Shown here one piece after another: positions 40,901-49,032 of a stretch of DNA of 64,000 nucleotides. Numbering within the stretch: position 1 is the first letter of the stretch; each line of letters begins with the position of its first letter. The notes under the pieces were generated by a model. The model ran no database searches, was not told the DNA's origin, and worked only from the letters and a program-made list of their open reading frames with translations. Both the position numbers and the translations under genes were made by a program. Source of the stretch: Gemmatimonas sp. (GTDB lineage: Bacteria > Gemmatimonadota > Gemmatimonadetes > Gemmatimonadales > Gemmatimonadaceae); the NCBI GenBank assembly GCA_031414535.1, contig JANNVQ010000017.1, positions 1-64,000 on the forward strand. Reading direction: 5' to 3'.

Positions 40901-41085
40901 AGGACCTGCGGCGGTCCGGGACGGCAGTTGCCGAAGGCCAAGCACGCGCACTGTACTCCAAACAGCAAGGAGGGTACCGCGTGGGTGATCAGGTGGTACT
41001 CAGAGACAAACGGGATTCTGCCGCTTACACGATCCCACGCGTCATCACCGGTCGCGCCGTGCTGGTGCGCTTTACCGAGAACTGA
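37963..41085 (+). CDS. SARP-type regulator: wHTH + BTAD + P-loop ATPase + TM helix + extracytoplasmic domain
   Basis: ALLVYLA...SREQLA..LW....ARASLRQAIY; GPAGVGKT; VLMLDNVHHAD; RSRGVPL; TM FALAVVMTFALMGLSVLAV. Confidence 0.85.
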   Translation: MTVPASPSFRLHTLGTATLERRDDAGTWEVVMRASKPLALLVYLATVAGRSLSREQLADSLWGDESPERARASLRQAIYALKQVIGEEVLQSEREVVVLREGAIECDRDAFVAAMRRNDLDTMLSVYHGAFCDSLTVGGATEYDRWMRAERSHLERLLLDRAQSVVAARIAAGEGDSALVAARALERHLADRSEVQVLLFDALVASGGRLEAVQRLSAHASQLSSQELSIPPQIAERIARVRRAALETPAPSSNSLSSIGEHLIGRDSLLGELSREAEAARGGGARRVILNGPAGVGKTRVLDELEARLRLRGARVVRAGLLPSMQDVENSALVEVVRAVCDLPGALGVSEQSARRLVRVLPELRTRFPGVPRDSQLGSDDIRALQVAVSDLLASVSEERLVVLMLDNVHHADVASLQVMIGTQIHPKSRLLQLWTSRSGREYTSDSGTSVIDVLPLAEPDVVALLSAVARVPDEPWMHGLAAALYRRSRGVPLLVLAAIRSLGAAGLLRISQGMWTSERPEALLQMANATAGTGALVAGVDAVSRLALEVLAAWGRPMEERDLLGTLAFAARAVGMDEWRACLRRLESLGLVQSRDVNWAIAHDTVADELRATPSTVLNDAPRELLFAYWSAPTRLTVNAFEQLALLTGQEASPMMALRLARVAQKLPRFSDAGLRGRELTRRIARQSGHPEWERDISHGIGFFARQSDGTRFALAVVMTFALMGLSVLAVQLQPRIVIESVPMAEQSREGEAAEFVVQPRVRIADGFGRASELEVPVRVTVDHGRLVGETLRKTEKGRLQFESVALIRGPSRSDGRPVHVHFEGPWYVRPATTEIPGLSTAYTRDGFRIVALTANGVPVGDDFVVSVKVRDSIRFDLAFEYTTGMPTANYILGAMPTWGRREQSAIRLAGLPRPVVNAWRWVTFAVPPLGRPGEEYVLILMDAEDTVDHMFSSTSWQAGAPRWNDGNDLVDLGREFFEDLRRSGTAVAEGQARALYSKQQGGYRVGDQVVLRDKRDSAAYTIPRVITGRAVLVRFTEN

Positions 41086-41100
41086 GCGCGCGAGCGAAGC

Positions 41101-41859
41101 CTACCACTCCGGGGTCGCGAGTCCCTGCAGCAGGGGCCGCGCAAACCGATAACCTTGAAAGAGCCGAATGCCCATTTCGCGCAGGACCTGGACCTCTTCG
41201 TCCACTTCGACACCCTCCGCGATCACCGTGATGCCTAAATCGCGGCAAGTCTGCACTGTGCCGGCGATAATGGCGCGCCGCGTGCGATCCTGGTGAATGT
41301 TGCGGATGAGCGCCATGTCGAGCTTGATGAGATCCGGCTCAAAGTCCGCGAGCAACGAGAGGCCGGCGTAGCCGGCACCGAAATCATCGATGGCGGTTTT
41401 GAATCCCTGGCGTTTGTACTCAGCGAAAATGCCTTTTAGATGCGCGCGGTCGCCCACGGGTTCGGCTTCGTTCACTTCGAAGATGATCTGCGACGTGGGG
41501 AATCCAAGTTCCGTCGCGGCCTCGAGTGTGACCCGGATGCAGGTTTCTGGACGGTAGACGGCGTTGGGCAGAAAGTTGATGGATACCGGCACCGTCATGC
41601 CGACCCTGGACGCCTCGGTGATGGCCGTGACGCGCGCCGCTTGATCGAAGCGGTAGCGGTTCTGGTCGTTCACCTTAGCGAGCACGTCCGCGGCTCCCGA
41701 GCCATCGGCTCCACGTACCAGGGCCTCGTGCGCAAAAATCGTCCGTGTCTCCACGTCCACAATGGGCTGGAAGGCCATTGTGATCTCGAAGTCGAGCCCG
41801 GCGCCATCTCGGCAGGCTTTACAGGTGAGATGCGGGGGGAGGGCGGGGAGCGCAGGCAC
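41101..41859 (-). CDS. Stand-alone EAL domain protein (c-di-GMP phosphodiesterase)
   Basis: AFQPIV, EALVR, SINF, IFEV.E, DDFGAGY, IKLD, AEGVE, FQGY. Confidence 0.93.
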   Translation of the reverse strand: MPALPALPPHLTCKACRDGAGLDFEITMAFQPIVDVETRTIFAHEALVRGADGSGAADVLAKVNDQNRYRFDQAARVTAITEASRVGMTVPVSINFLPNAVYRPETCIRVTLEAATELGFPTSQIIFEVNEAEPVGDRAHLKGIFAEYKRQGFKTAIDDFGAGYAGLSLLADFEPDLIKLDMALIRNIHQDRTRRAIIAGTVQTCRDLGITVIAEGVEVDEEVQVLREMGIRLFQGYRFARPLLQGLATPEW

Positions 41860-41871
41860 GGTTAGAAAGGT

Positions 41872-42023
41872 GGACGGATGACGGATGATGGATGACGGAA
41901 TGAACGGCTATGTGAAAAGATATCCGCAAGGGCTCCCGACCGCTCGCCGGAGCGCGTCCGAAGCCTCAGGCCAGAGATTAGATTTGTCCTGAGCATTTCG
42001 CATCCGTCTTCCGTCATCCGTCC
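41872..42023. repeat. 7-mer inverted-repeat element with ~100-nt spacer between the EAL gene and glyQS
   Basis: gacggat gacggat gatggat gacggaa at 41873-41900; atccgtc ttccgtc atccgtc at 42002-42022. Confidence 0.85.
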
Positions 42024-42026
42024 CCC

Positions 42027-43400
42027 ATGCGCCCCGACGTCCTCGAATCCCTCGTCAGCCTAGCCAAGCGCCGCGGCTTCGTCTTCCAGTCCTCCGAGAT
42101 CTACGGTGGTACCGGATCGGTGTGGGATTACGGGCCACTGGGCGTAGAGCTCAAGAATAACGTCAAAGCGCGGTGGTGGAATGCGATGGTCCGCGAGCGC
42201 GATGACGTGGAGGGTCTCGACGCCGCCATCTTGATGCATCCGCGCGTGTGGGAAGCCTCGGGCCACGTATCCGGCTTCTCCGACCCGCTCATCGATTGCA
42301 AGGCCTGCAAGGCCCGGTTCCGCGCCGACAAAATTGCCGACGCGCAATGCGCGCGGAAGCCGAGCAAGAAGCCGGGCGAGCACACGGATTGTCAGCTCAC
42401 CGAGCCGCGCCAGTTCAACTTGATGTTCAAGACCTTTATGGGCCCCGTCGAGGAATCGGCGTCGGTGGTGTATCTGCGTCCCGAGACGGCGCAGGGCATT
42501 TTCGTGAACTTCTTGAATGTGCAGCAGGCCACGCGTCAGAAGGTGCCGTTTGGCATCGCGCAGATTGGCAAGGCGTTCCGCAACGAGATCACGCCCGGAA
42601 ACTTTACGTTTCGCACGCGTGAGTTCGAGCAGATGGAGATGCAGTTCTTCGTGGAGCCAGGCACGGACATGGAGCACTTCGAGCGCTGGAAGCAGGCGCG
42701 CCTCGATTGGCACCTATCGCTCGGCCTCGATCGCGACCGCTTGGAGTTCCATCAGCACTCGGAAAAGGAACTCGCGCACTACGCGCGCGCGGCCTTCGAC
42801 ATCAACTTCGATTTTGGTGGCACGCTCGGCTTCCAGGAAATCGAAGGCGTGCACAACCGCAGCGACTTCGATCTCAAGCAGCACCAGGAGTTCAGCACCA
42901 AGAAACTCGAGTACGTGGATCAGGCGGCGAATAAGCGCTACTTGCCGTATGTGATTGAGACTTCGGTCGGTGCCGACCGCGTCACACTGGCCATCATGGT
43001 GAATGCGCTGCGTGAGGAGGCCGTCCCGGGTGAGACGGAAGGCCGTACGGTGATGGGATTTCATCCGGTACTGGCACCCATCAAGGCGGGCGTGTTCCCG
43101 CTCACCAAGAAGGACGGACAGCCGGAGATGGCCGAGAAGCTCGGCGCGGCGCTGCGCAAGAAGTTCAACGTGTTCTACGACGAGGCCGGCGCCATTGGCC
43201 GTCGGTATCGTCGGCAGGACGAAGCGGGCACACCCTTCGGCATCACGATTGACAGCGACTCCACCGCCAACAACGACGTGACGATTCGCTTCCGCGACAA
43301 CATGGGGCAGATTCGCGTGTCGACGGATCAGGTGATTGACGTGCTGACCAAGTATCTCGAGGCCGATCATCAGACGGCTGATTCCTCACTGGTGGGCTGA
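42027..43400 (+). CDS. glyQS: Glycine--tRNA ligase, homodimeric type
   Basis: [43 protein letters not shown]. Confidence 0.97.
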   Translation: MRPDVLESLVSLAKRRGFVFQSSEIYGGTGSVWDYGPLGVELKNNVKARWWNAMVRERDDVEGLDAAILMHPRVWEASGHVSGFSDPLIDCKACKARFRADKIADAQCARKPSKKPGEHTDCQLTEPRQFNLMFKTFMGPVEESASVVYLRPETAQGIFVNFLNVQQATRQKVPFGIAQIGKAFRNEITPGNFTFRTREFEQMEMQFFVEPGTDMEHFERWKQARLDWHLSLGLDRDRLEFHQHSEKELAHYARAAFDINFDFGGTLGFQEIEGVHNRSDFDLKQHQEFSTKKLEYVDQAANKRYLPYVIETSVGADRVTLAIMVNALREEAVPGETEGRTVMGFHPVLAPIKAGVFPLTKKDGQPEMAEKLGAALRKKFNVFYDEAGAIGRRYRRQDEAGTPFGITIDSDSTANNDVTIRFRDNMGQIRVSTDQVIDVLTKYLEADHQTADSSLVG

Positions 43401-43404
43401 GAGA

Positions 43405-44985
43405 GTGGCGACGACACGCACGACCGAGGCGGCTGCGGCGGGCGATTCGATTGCGCAGTTACGCATCCGTGGCGAGGCATTTCTCGAGGCCATCTCCAAG
43501 GAGTACCACGCCGCTTACGCGGGCCTCAAGCCGCAGCCGGCCATTCAACCCATCTACGCTGCGCACGCGGCGGCGTACGGCGATGAGGCTTTTTCCCAAG
43601 CGCTGGAGCTCTTTCAGAAGTCTGCGGGAGCAACGAGCGCGTCGGCATTCGGCGAGTCCAGCGCCGCCGCTACTCTGCGGTCCTCGCGCTTGCTCCTCGA
43701 TTGGCTGCTTGAGTCGCGGGTTGGACGCGAACTGGCCTCACTCGATGAGCGTGAGATTGCGTGGGAAAATTCCGCGCTCATCTCGCTCCCGGATGGCAAC
43801 AAAGAGCCCTACCAGCGCGTGCCCATTACACTCGGCAACACGCGGGACGCGAAGCAGCGACACGCGATAGACGATGCACGCGCCGCGTTGGTGCTGGCGG
43901 AGCTTGCACCGATGCGCCAGGAGAAGCTGGAGCGCGAGCACGAGGTGGTGCAGGGCTTGGGCATCGCCCCCACATACACCGCCACGTGGGAAGCCTTGAG
44001 CGGCATCTCGCTCGCAGACCTGCGAGTGGAGTGCGAGCAGTTCCTGCGGGACACGCAAGACATGTGGAATGAACTCTTCCCGGAGTTCTTAAAGCGTGGG
44101 CTCGGCATCACCCCGGCCGAGGCGACCCGCGCCGATGTGGCGGCCTTGATGCGGGCCCCAGAGTTTGACGAGTACTTCACCGCTGAGGCGATGGAGCGCG
44201 AAGTGCGCCGCCAGGTGACGGAGATGGGTATTTCGCCGGATGCGGAAGGCCGCGTGCGCTACGACACCGGAGAGCGTGAAGGCAAGCGACCGCGCGCCTT
44301 CTGTGCGCCAGTGCGCATTCCTGATGTAGTGCATCTCGTGCTGCGCCCGCACGGCGGCCAGAACGACTGGATGACCTTACTGCATGAGCTTGGCCACGCG
44401 CTACACTTCGCCAATATGCGCAGCAGCTTACCGTTTGAGTTGCGGTGGCTGGGCGACAACTCGGTGACCGAAGGCTATGCGATGCTCTTCGATCATCGCC
44501 TGAAGGATCGTGGGTGGCTCGCGCGCTACTCCGGGCTCGACAAGAAGTCGTTGCCGTCCTTCCTGCGCTATATGGGCTTCGAAGAGTTGCACTTCGTGCG
44601 CCGCTACTGCGCCAAGCTCATCTACGAAACCGAACTTCACGCGGGCTCCGTGTCTTGGCAGTCGCTGCCGGACTTGTACGTCGAGACCCTCACGGCAGCT
44701 ACGGGCTTCCGCTATCAGCGCAGCGATGCCTTCGTGGACGTGGATGCGCGCTATTACGCCGCGCGCTATCTGCGGGCGTGGCAGCTGCAGGCCGTGCTCG
44801 ATGAATCTTTGCGTGACCGCTTCAACGAAGACTGGTGGCGCAATCCCAACGCCGGGCCGTGGATGGTGGAAGAGCTCTTCGCTCACGGGCAGACGGAGCT
44901 GGCGCACGAGCAAGCCAAGCGCGTGGCAGGCAAGGGATTGTCATTTGCGCCGGTCATTGCCGGCATTGAACGCATGCTGGGCTGA
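43405..44985 (+). CDS. Zincin metallopeptidase (M3/gluzincin-like)
   Basis: GKRPRAFC, LLHELGHALH, downstream SVTEGYA. Confidence 0.75.
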   Translation: MATTRTTEAAAAGDSIAQLRIRGEAFLEAISKEYHAAYAGLKPQPAIQPIYAAHAAAYGDEAFSQALELFQKSAGATSASAFGESSAAATLRSSRLLLDWLLESRVGRELASLDEREIAWENSALISLPDGNKEPYQRVPITLGNTRDAKQRHAIDDARAALVLAELAPMRQEKLEREHEVVQGLGIAPTYTATWEALSGISLADLRVECEQFLRDTQDMWNELFPEFLKRGLGITPAEATRADVAALMRAPEFDEYFTAEAMEREVRRQVTEMGISPDAEGRVRYDTGEREGKRPRAFCAPVRIPDVVHLVLRPHGGQNDWMTLLHELGHALHFANMRSSLPFELRWLGDNSVTEGYAMLFDHRLKDRGWLARYSGLDKKSLPSFLRYMGFEELHFVRRYCAKLIYETELHAGSVSWQSLPDLYVETLTAATGFRYQRSDAFVDVDARYYAARYLRAWQLQAVLDESLRDRFNEDWWRNPNAGPWMVEELFAHGQTELAHEQAKRVAGKGLSFAPVIAGIERMLG

Positions 44986-44988
44986 ACG

Positions 44989-45834
44989 ATGAGCAGCGTC
45001 TACTTGAACGGCCGCTTCGTACCGAAGGGCGAAGCAATGATCTCGGTGGAAGACCGCGGCTTCATCTTCGGCGATGGCATCTACGAAGTGGTGCGCGCCA
45101 TCGAGGGTCAGCTCTTTGCTTGGGACGCGCACGCAGTGCGCATGGCCAACGGCCTCGCCGGGCTGCGTATTGATGCCGCTGGCACCGAAGGCTTGAAGGG
45201 CGTCTGCGAGCAATTGCTGCGCGACAACTCGCTCACGACGGGCGAAGCGACCGTGTATTTGCAGATCAGTCGCGGCACCGCGCCACGGACGCATCACTTT
45301 CCGCCCGCTGGTACGGCGACGACCATCTACGCCGCAGCCTCGCGCTTCACGCCCAACATGGTGATGCGTACCAAGGGGGCGAAGGGCATCACGCATCCGG
45401 ACCAGCGCTGGGCCCGCTGCGACTTGAAGACTGTGAACCTCCTTGGCCCCGTGATGGCGCGCCAAGCCGCGGTTGAGGCCGGTGCCTACGAAGCCATCAT
45501 GCATCGCGACGGCATGATTACCGAAGGCGCGGCCACCAATTGCTTCATCGTGCTCGATGGCGTGCTCCGCACCTATCCGCTCTCCAACTACATCCTGCCG
45601 GGCATCACGCGGGCGGTGTTGATGGAGATGATCCGCGCCGAGGGTATGCGCTGCGAGGAGCGCCCGGTGCCGCTGGTTGAGCTGCACCGCGCGGAGGAGA
45701 TCTTTGTGTGCGGCACGACGACGGACGTGCAGGCTATCGTCACGCTCGACGAGCGCCCTGTGGGCACGGGAAGCGTTGGCCCGATTACCGCAACGCTCCG
45801 TGATCTGCTGGCGCGCCGCCTCTACGGTCACTGA
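44989..45834 (+). CDS. Class IV aminotransferase (D-amino-acid transaminase-like)
   Basis: DRGFIFGDGIYEV, RW.RCDLKTVNL, TEG..TN, ILPGITR. Confidence 0.92.
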   Translation: MSSVYLNGRFVPKGEAMISVEDRGFIFGDGIYEVVRAIEGQLFAWDAHAVRMANGLAGLRIDAAGTEGLKGVCEQLLRDNSLTTGEATVYLQISRGTAPRTHHFPPAGTATTIYAAASRFTPNMVMRTKGAKGITHPDQRWARCDLKTVNLLGPVMARQAAVEAGAYEAIMHRDGMITEGAATNCFIVLDGVLRTYPLSNYILPGITRAVLMEMIRAEGMRCEERPVPLVELHRAEEIFVCGTTTDVQAIVTLDERPVGTGSVGPITATLRDLLARRLYGH

Positions 45835-45848
45835 GAGCCAGGCCGCGC

Positions 45849-46490
45849 GTGCCCCGTCGCAGGCGCTGGCAACTGCCCGATCCACCCGTGGCCGCGGTGG
45901 CTACTGACCCGGCGCCGAAGGTGGTGGCTGAGATTGTCCACGCATTGGTTCGCGCCGATAGCTCTGCCGAGGCTTACCAGTTTGCACTGGACCGCGCCTG
46001 CCCAGTCGTTGGGGCCTCACTGGGCGCGGTGTTCCTCCTCGATGGGGCTGCTGAGGTGATGCGTCCTGTAGCCGCCCACGCTTGGCCGGAGCGGATGCGT
46101 CCTTGGCTCGGGGAGATGCGGGTGCGGCTGGGTTTTGGCCCCGCCGGCGAGGCAGCCGCCGAGCGGCGACTCATTGAGACGCCGGATGTGTTTGGTGATC
46201 CCGGCCTCGAGGATTGGGCCGAGGTGGCACAGGAACTGGGTTTCCGGGGCATTGTATCGCTGCCCATCATGGGCGCCGAGGGATTGGCGGGGGCGGCGAG
46301 CTTTTACTTCGACACGCCAGGACCCCGTCCAGCCGCTGCCAAGGACCTGATGCGCACCGTGGCCGACCTCCTCGCCGCAATTCATGAGATGGACCTGCTG
46401 CGCCGTCGGCTGAGGCTCGCCGAGGCCGCACTTGAGGATGAACGATCGGCGTCGCCAAAGCGTAGAGACATCGAAGCAACCGACCAGTAG
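45849..46490 (+). CDS. Stand-alone GAF domain protein
   Basis: GAVFLLD, G.GPAG.A, DVF.DP, LGFR.IVSLPI; C-terminal coiled coil. Confidence 0.8.
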   Translation: MPRRRRWQLPDPPVAAVATDPAPKVVAEIVHALVRADSSAEAYQFALDRACPVVGASLGAVFLLDGAAEVMRPVAAHAWPERMRPWLGEMRVRLGFGPAGEAAAERRLIETPDVFGDPGLEDWAEVAQELGFRGIVSLPIMGAEGLAGAASFYFDTPGPRPAAAKDLMRTVADLLAAIHEMDLLRRRLRLAEAALEDERSASPKRRDIEATDQ

Positions 46491-46533
46491 ATTTCAGGTG
46501 TCATACCGACACCTTCTTGGAGATGCCCCGCAC

Positions 46534-46842
46534 GTGACACGCCATCAGCAGTCCGGTCGCACACTGCAGCAGCAGCGCACCGTGATGTCCGCCGCCGACG
46601 TCCTTGAGCACGCTCGCGAGTTCTTCTCGCGTCGCTCGGGCATCTACGCGGCGTTTCTCGAGAAGCAGGGTCCGAACTGGATGAGCCTCCGCGGCCAGGG
46701 CGGCGAAGAAATTGCCATCGCCGCAACCGAGGAAGCCGGCTCCACCTCCGTGAGCGCGTCGAGCTACATGTTCGATGCGCAGGTCGCGCAGTTCCTGGCG
46801 TCGTTGCCGCCCGCCGGCGAGACCGCAGGAACCGTCGCATGA
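46534..46842 (+). CDS. Hypothetical small protein
   Basis: High-GC3 codon usage, GGAG before GTG 46534, ATGA overlap with the next gene; start uncertain. Confidence 0.7.
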   Translation: MTRHQQSGRTLQQQRTVMSAADVLEHAREFFSRRSGIYAAFLEKQGPNWMSLRGQGGEEIAIAATEEAGSTSVSASSYMFDAQVAQFLASLPPAGETAGTVA

Positions 46843-47162
46843 ACGACGTCTTGAATGGGCTGCGCGCTCGCCCCGGGGTGTTGGCACTCGGCGCCACCGC
46901 GGAGAACGCCATCACCGTGCGTGTGCAGATGACGGAGCTCTGGGACACGCTCGCCGTGCGTTGCGCGCCCGACACCTCGGTGCGTGCGCTTAAGCAAGCG
47001 GCGCTCGACACCTTCATGCCAATCCATCAGCCCACGGCGGACTTCGTGATGAAGCTGCGCGGCTTTGAAGTGTTGGATGAAGCCGCCCCGCTCACCGTGG
47101 CCGGTGCGCGCGATGGCAGCACCTTCCTGCTCTCCTACCGCTTTCGCCGGCCCGTCCGCTGA
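46839..47162 (+). CDS. Ubiquitin-like (beta-grasp) protein
   Basis: By-eye alignment to ubiquitin over about 75 residues; no C-terminal GG. Confidence 0.65.
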   Translation: MNDVLNGLRARPGVLALGATAENAITVRVQMTELWDTLAVRCAPDTSVRALKQAALDTFMPIHQPTADFVMKLRGFEVLDEAAPLTVAGARDGSTFLLSYRFRRPVR

Positions 47163-48178
47163 GCGCTGCTGCCGCCACTCCGCGCCCTGATCGCGACGCT
47201 CTGCTCTCGGCGGCGCGGTCGTTGCGCGCTGAAGTGGGGAAGCGCATCGTGGGGCAGGAAGCCGTACTCGATGAAATCTTGATGGCGCTGGTGGCCGGTG
47301 GCCACGCCCTGCTCGTGGGCGTGCCTGGCCTCGCGAAGACTTTGATGATTCGCTCGGTTGCCGAGGCGATGGCCTTGGACTTCCGGCGCATCCAGTTCAC
47401 GCCGGACCTCGTGCCGAGCGATATCACCGGCACGGAGTTGCTTGAGGAAGACACGCAGACGGGGCACCGCGCGTTCCGCTTCGTGCGTGGACCGGTGTTC
47501 GCCAACATAGTGCTCGCGGACGAAATCAATCGTGCGCCGCCACGCACGCAGGCCGCGCTGCTCGAGGCCATGCAGGAACATCGCGTCACGGCCGCCGGTG
47601 AGACGATGTCGCTGCCCGAGCCCTTCTTCGTGCTCGCCACGCAAAATCCCATCGAGCAGGAAGGCACGTACCCGCTGCCGGAGGCCCAGCTCGACCGCTT
47701 TCTCTTCGACATTCGCATTGGGTATCCCGATGCCGAGGATGAAGTGGCCATTCTGCGCGCCACCACCGGAGTGAGCAACGAAGCGCTCAAGCCCATGCTC
47801 ACGGCGCATCAGGTGCGCGAGTTGCAGCAGATGACGCGCGAGATTGCTGCGGCCGATGCGGCTTTGCGCTACGCGGCGGCACTCGCGCGCGCGACGCGGC
47901 CCAAGGGCGGGGAAGCCACGCCGCTCGTTGAACAGTACGTGCGTTGGGGCGCCGGTCCACGCGCCGGTCAGGCCTTGGTGCTCGGCGCAAAGGCCGCGGC
48001 ATTGCTCGCGGGGCGGCATAACGTCTCACCAGAGGACATTCGTCGCGTCGCCCGTCCGGTGTTGCGGCATCGCGTGCTGCCCAACTTCGCCGCCGAAGCC
48101 GAGGGCGTGAGTGCCGAACGCATCGTGGACGATTTGATTGAGCGCGTGGCTGAGCCGCGCGGCCTCACCGGGATCTAG
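47159..48178 (+). CDS. MoxR-family AAA+ ATPase
   Basis: IVGQ, GVPGLAKT, RIQFTPDLVPSDITG, LADEINRAPP.TQAALLEAMQE, TQNPIEQEGTYPLPEAQLDRF; start either CTG 47159 or TTG 47222. Confidence 0.95.
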   Translation: MSAAAATPRPDRDALLSAARSLRAEVGKRIVGQEAVLDEILMALVAGGHALLVGVPGLAKTLMIRSVAEAMALDFRRIQFTPDLVPSDITGTELLEEDTQTGHRAFRFVRGPVFANIVLADEINRAPPRTQAALLEAMQEHRVTAAGETMSLPEPFFVLATQNPIEQEGTYPLPEAQLDRFLFDIRIGYPDAEDEVAILRATTGVSNEALKPMLTAHQVRELQQMTREIAAADAALRYAAALARATRPKGGEATPLVEQYVRWGAGPRAGQALVLGAKAAALLAGRHNVSPEDIRRVARPVLRHRVLPNFAAEAEGVSAERIVDDLIERVAEPRGLTGI

Positions 48179-48180
48179 CG

Positions 48181-49032
48181 ATGCCGGTCGGCCCGTACGG
48201 CGCGCTGCTCGACGCCGTGCGCGGCGTTCGTTGGCCTGCGCGCCGTCCCGTGCCGCAGGGGGCGCCGGGTGCGCATCAAGCGCGTTCGCGTGGCGCGGCG
48301 CCGGAGTTCGCGGAGTATCGCCCGTATCGCCAAGGCGATGATCCCAAGCGCCTTGATTGGAAACTGCTCGCGCGCTCTGATCGTGCGTTCATTCGCTTGG
48401 CACCTGACCACTCGGTGCTCGGCACCACGTTTCTCGTGGACGCCTCTGCCTCAATGGATTTTGCGGCTAAGTGGACGCTCGCCAAGCGTCTCGTGATTGG
48501 ACTCGCCGCGGCGGCGCACGCCGGGTCTGATCCTGTGGGACTGACGCTTGTGTCCGGTGAGGCGACGCGCCGGCTTGAGCCACGTACGAGGCAAGGAGTG
48601 GTCGGTGACATTGCCCGCTTGCTCGGCACGGCCAAGCCGAACGGCGCTGCGGCGCTGGCGGACGCGGTGGCGACCGCGGCACCGCGCTGCGCCGTCCTCA
48701 CCGACTGCCTCGGCGACGTGGACGCACTGCGCACGTCGCTCGCGCGACATTTGGTGAAGGGCGGCGAGGCGTATCTCGTACACGTGGTTGCGGCAGCGGA
48801 ACTGAATCCCGGTGATGCGCCCATGCTCGCCACCGATCCCGAGGATGCGCGCCTGCAGCGTCCGCTCTTTGCAGCCACGCACGAGGGCTACCGCGCGCGA
48901 TTCGATGAGTTTCGCGCTGCGGTTGCCCGTGGGATGCGAAGCGAGGGAGTGCACGTGTTTGAAGTGCGCGATGACGAAGCGGCCGAAACCCTCGTGCGAC
49001 GGATTGCGCGACCCGCGGAGAGCATTCGCTGA
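48181..49032 (+). CDS. DUF58 vWA-domain protein
   Basis: EFAEYRPY..GDD...LDWK..AR, MIDAS DASASM. Confidence 0.92.
   Translation: MPVGPYGALLDAVRGVRWPARRPVPQGAPGAHQARSRGAAPEFAEYRPYRQGDDPKRLDWKLLARSDRAFIRLAPDHSVLGTTFLVDASASMDFAAKWTLAKRLVIGLAAAAHAGSDPVGLTLVSGEATRRLEPRTRQGVVGDIARLLGTAKPNGAAALADAVATAAPRCAVLTDCLGDVDALRTSLARHLVKGGEAYLVHVVAAAELNPGDAPMLATDPEDARLQRPLFAATHEGYRARFDEFRAAVARGMRSEGVHVFEVRDDEAAETLVRRIARPAESIR

Noticed and set aside
28941..41859. Accessory block as a prophage, transposon or named defence system (CBASS, gasdermin, Avs)
   Set aside because: No integrase, transposase, phage genes, flanking direct repeats, cyclase or gasdermin recognised; most proteins are exported
42027..43400. 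Homodimeric GlyRS as unusual, or a T-box upstream
   Set aside because: This type is normal in many phyla; no T-box consensus or terminator is visible upstream
47081..47162. Programmed -1 frameshift fusing the Ubl to MoxR
   Set aside because: The MoxR frame is open from 47081 but no slippery heptamer is visible; CTG coupling is simpler
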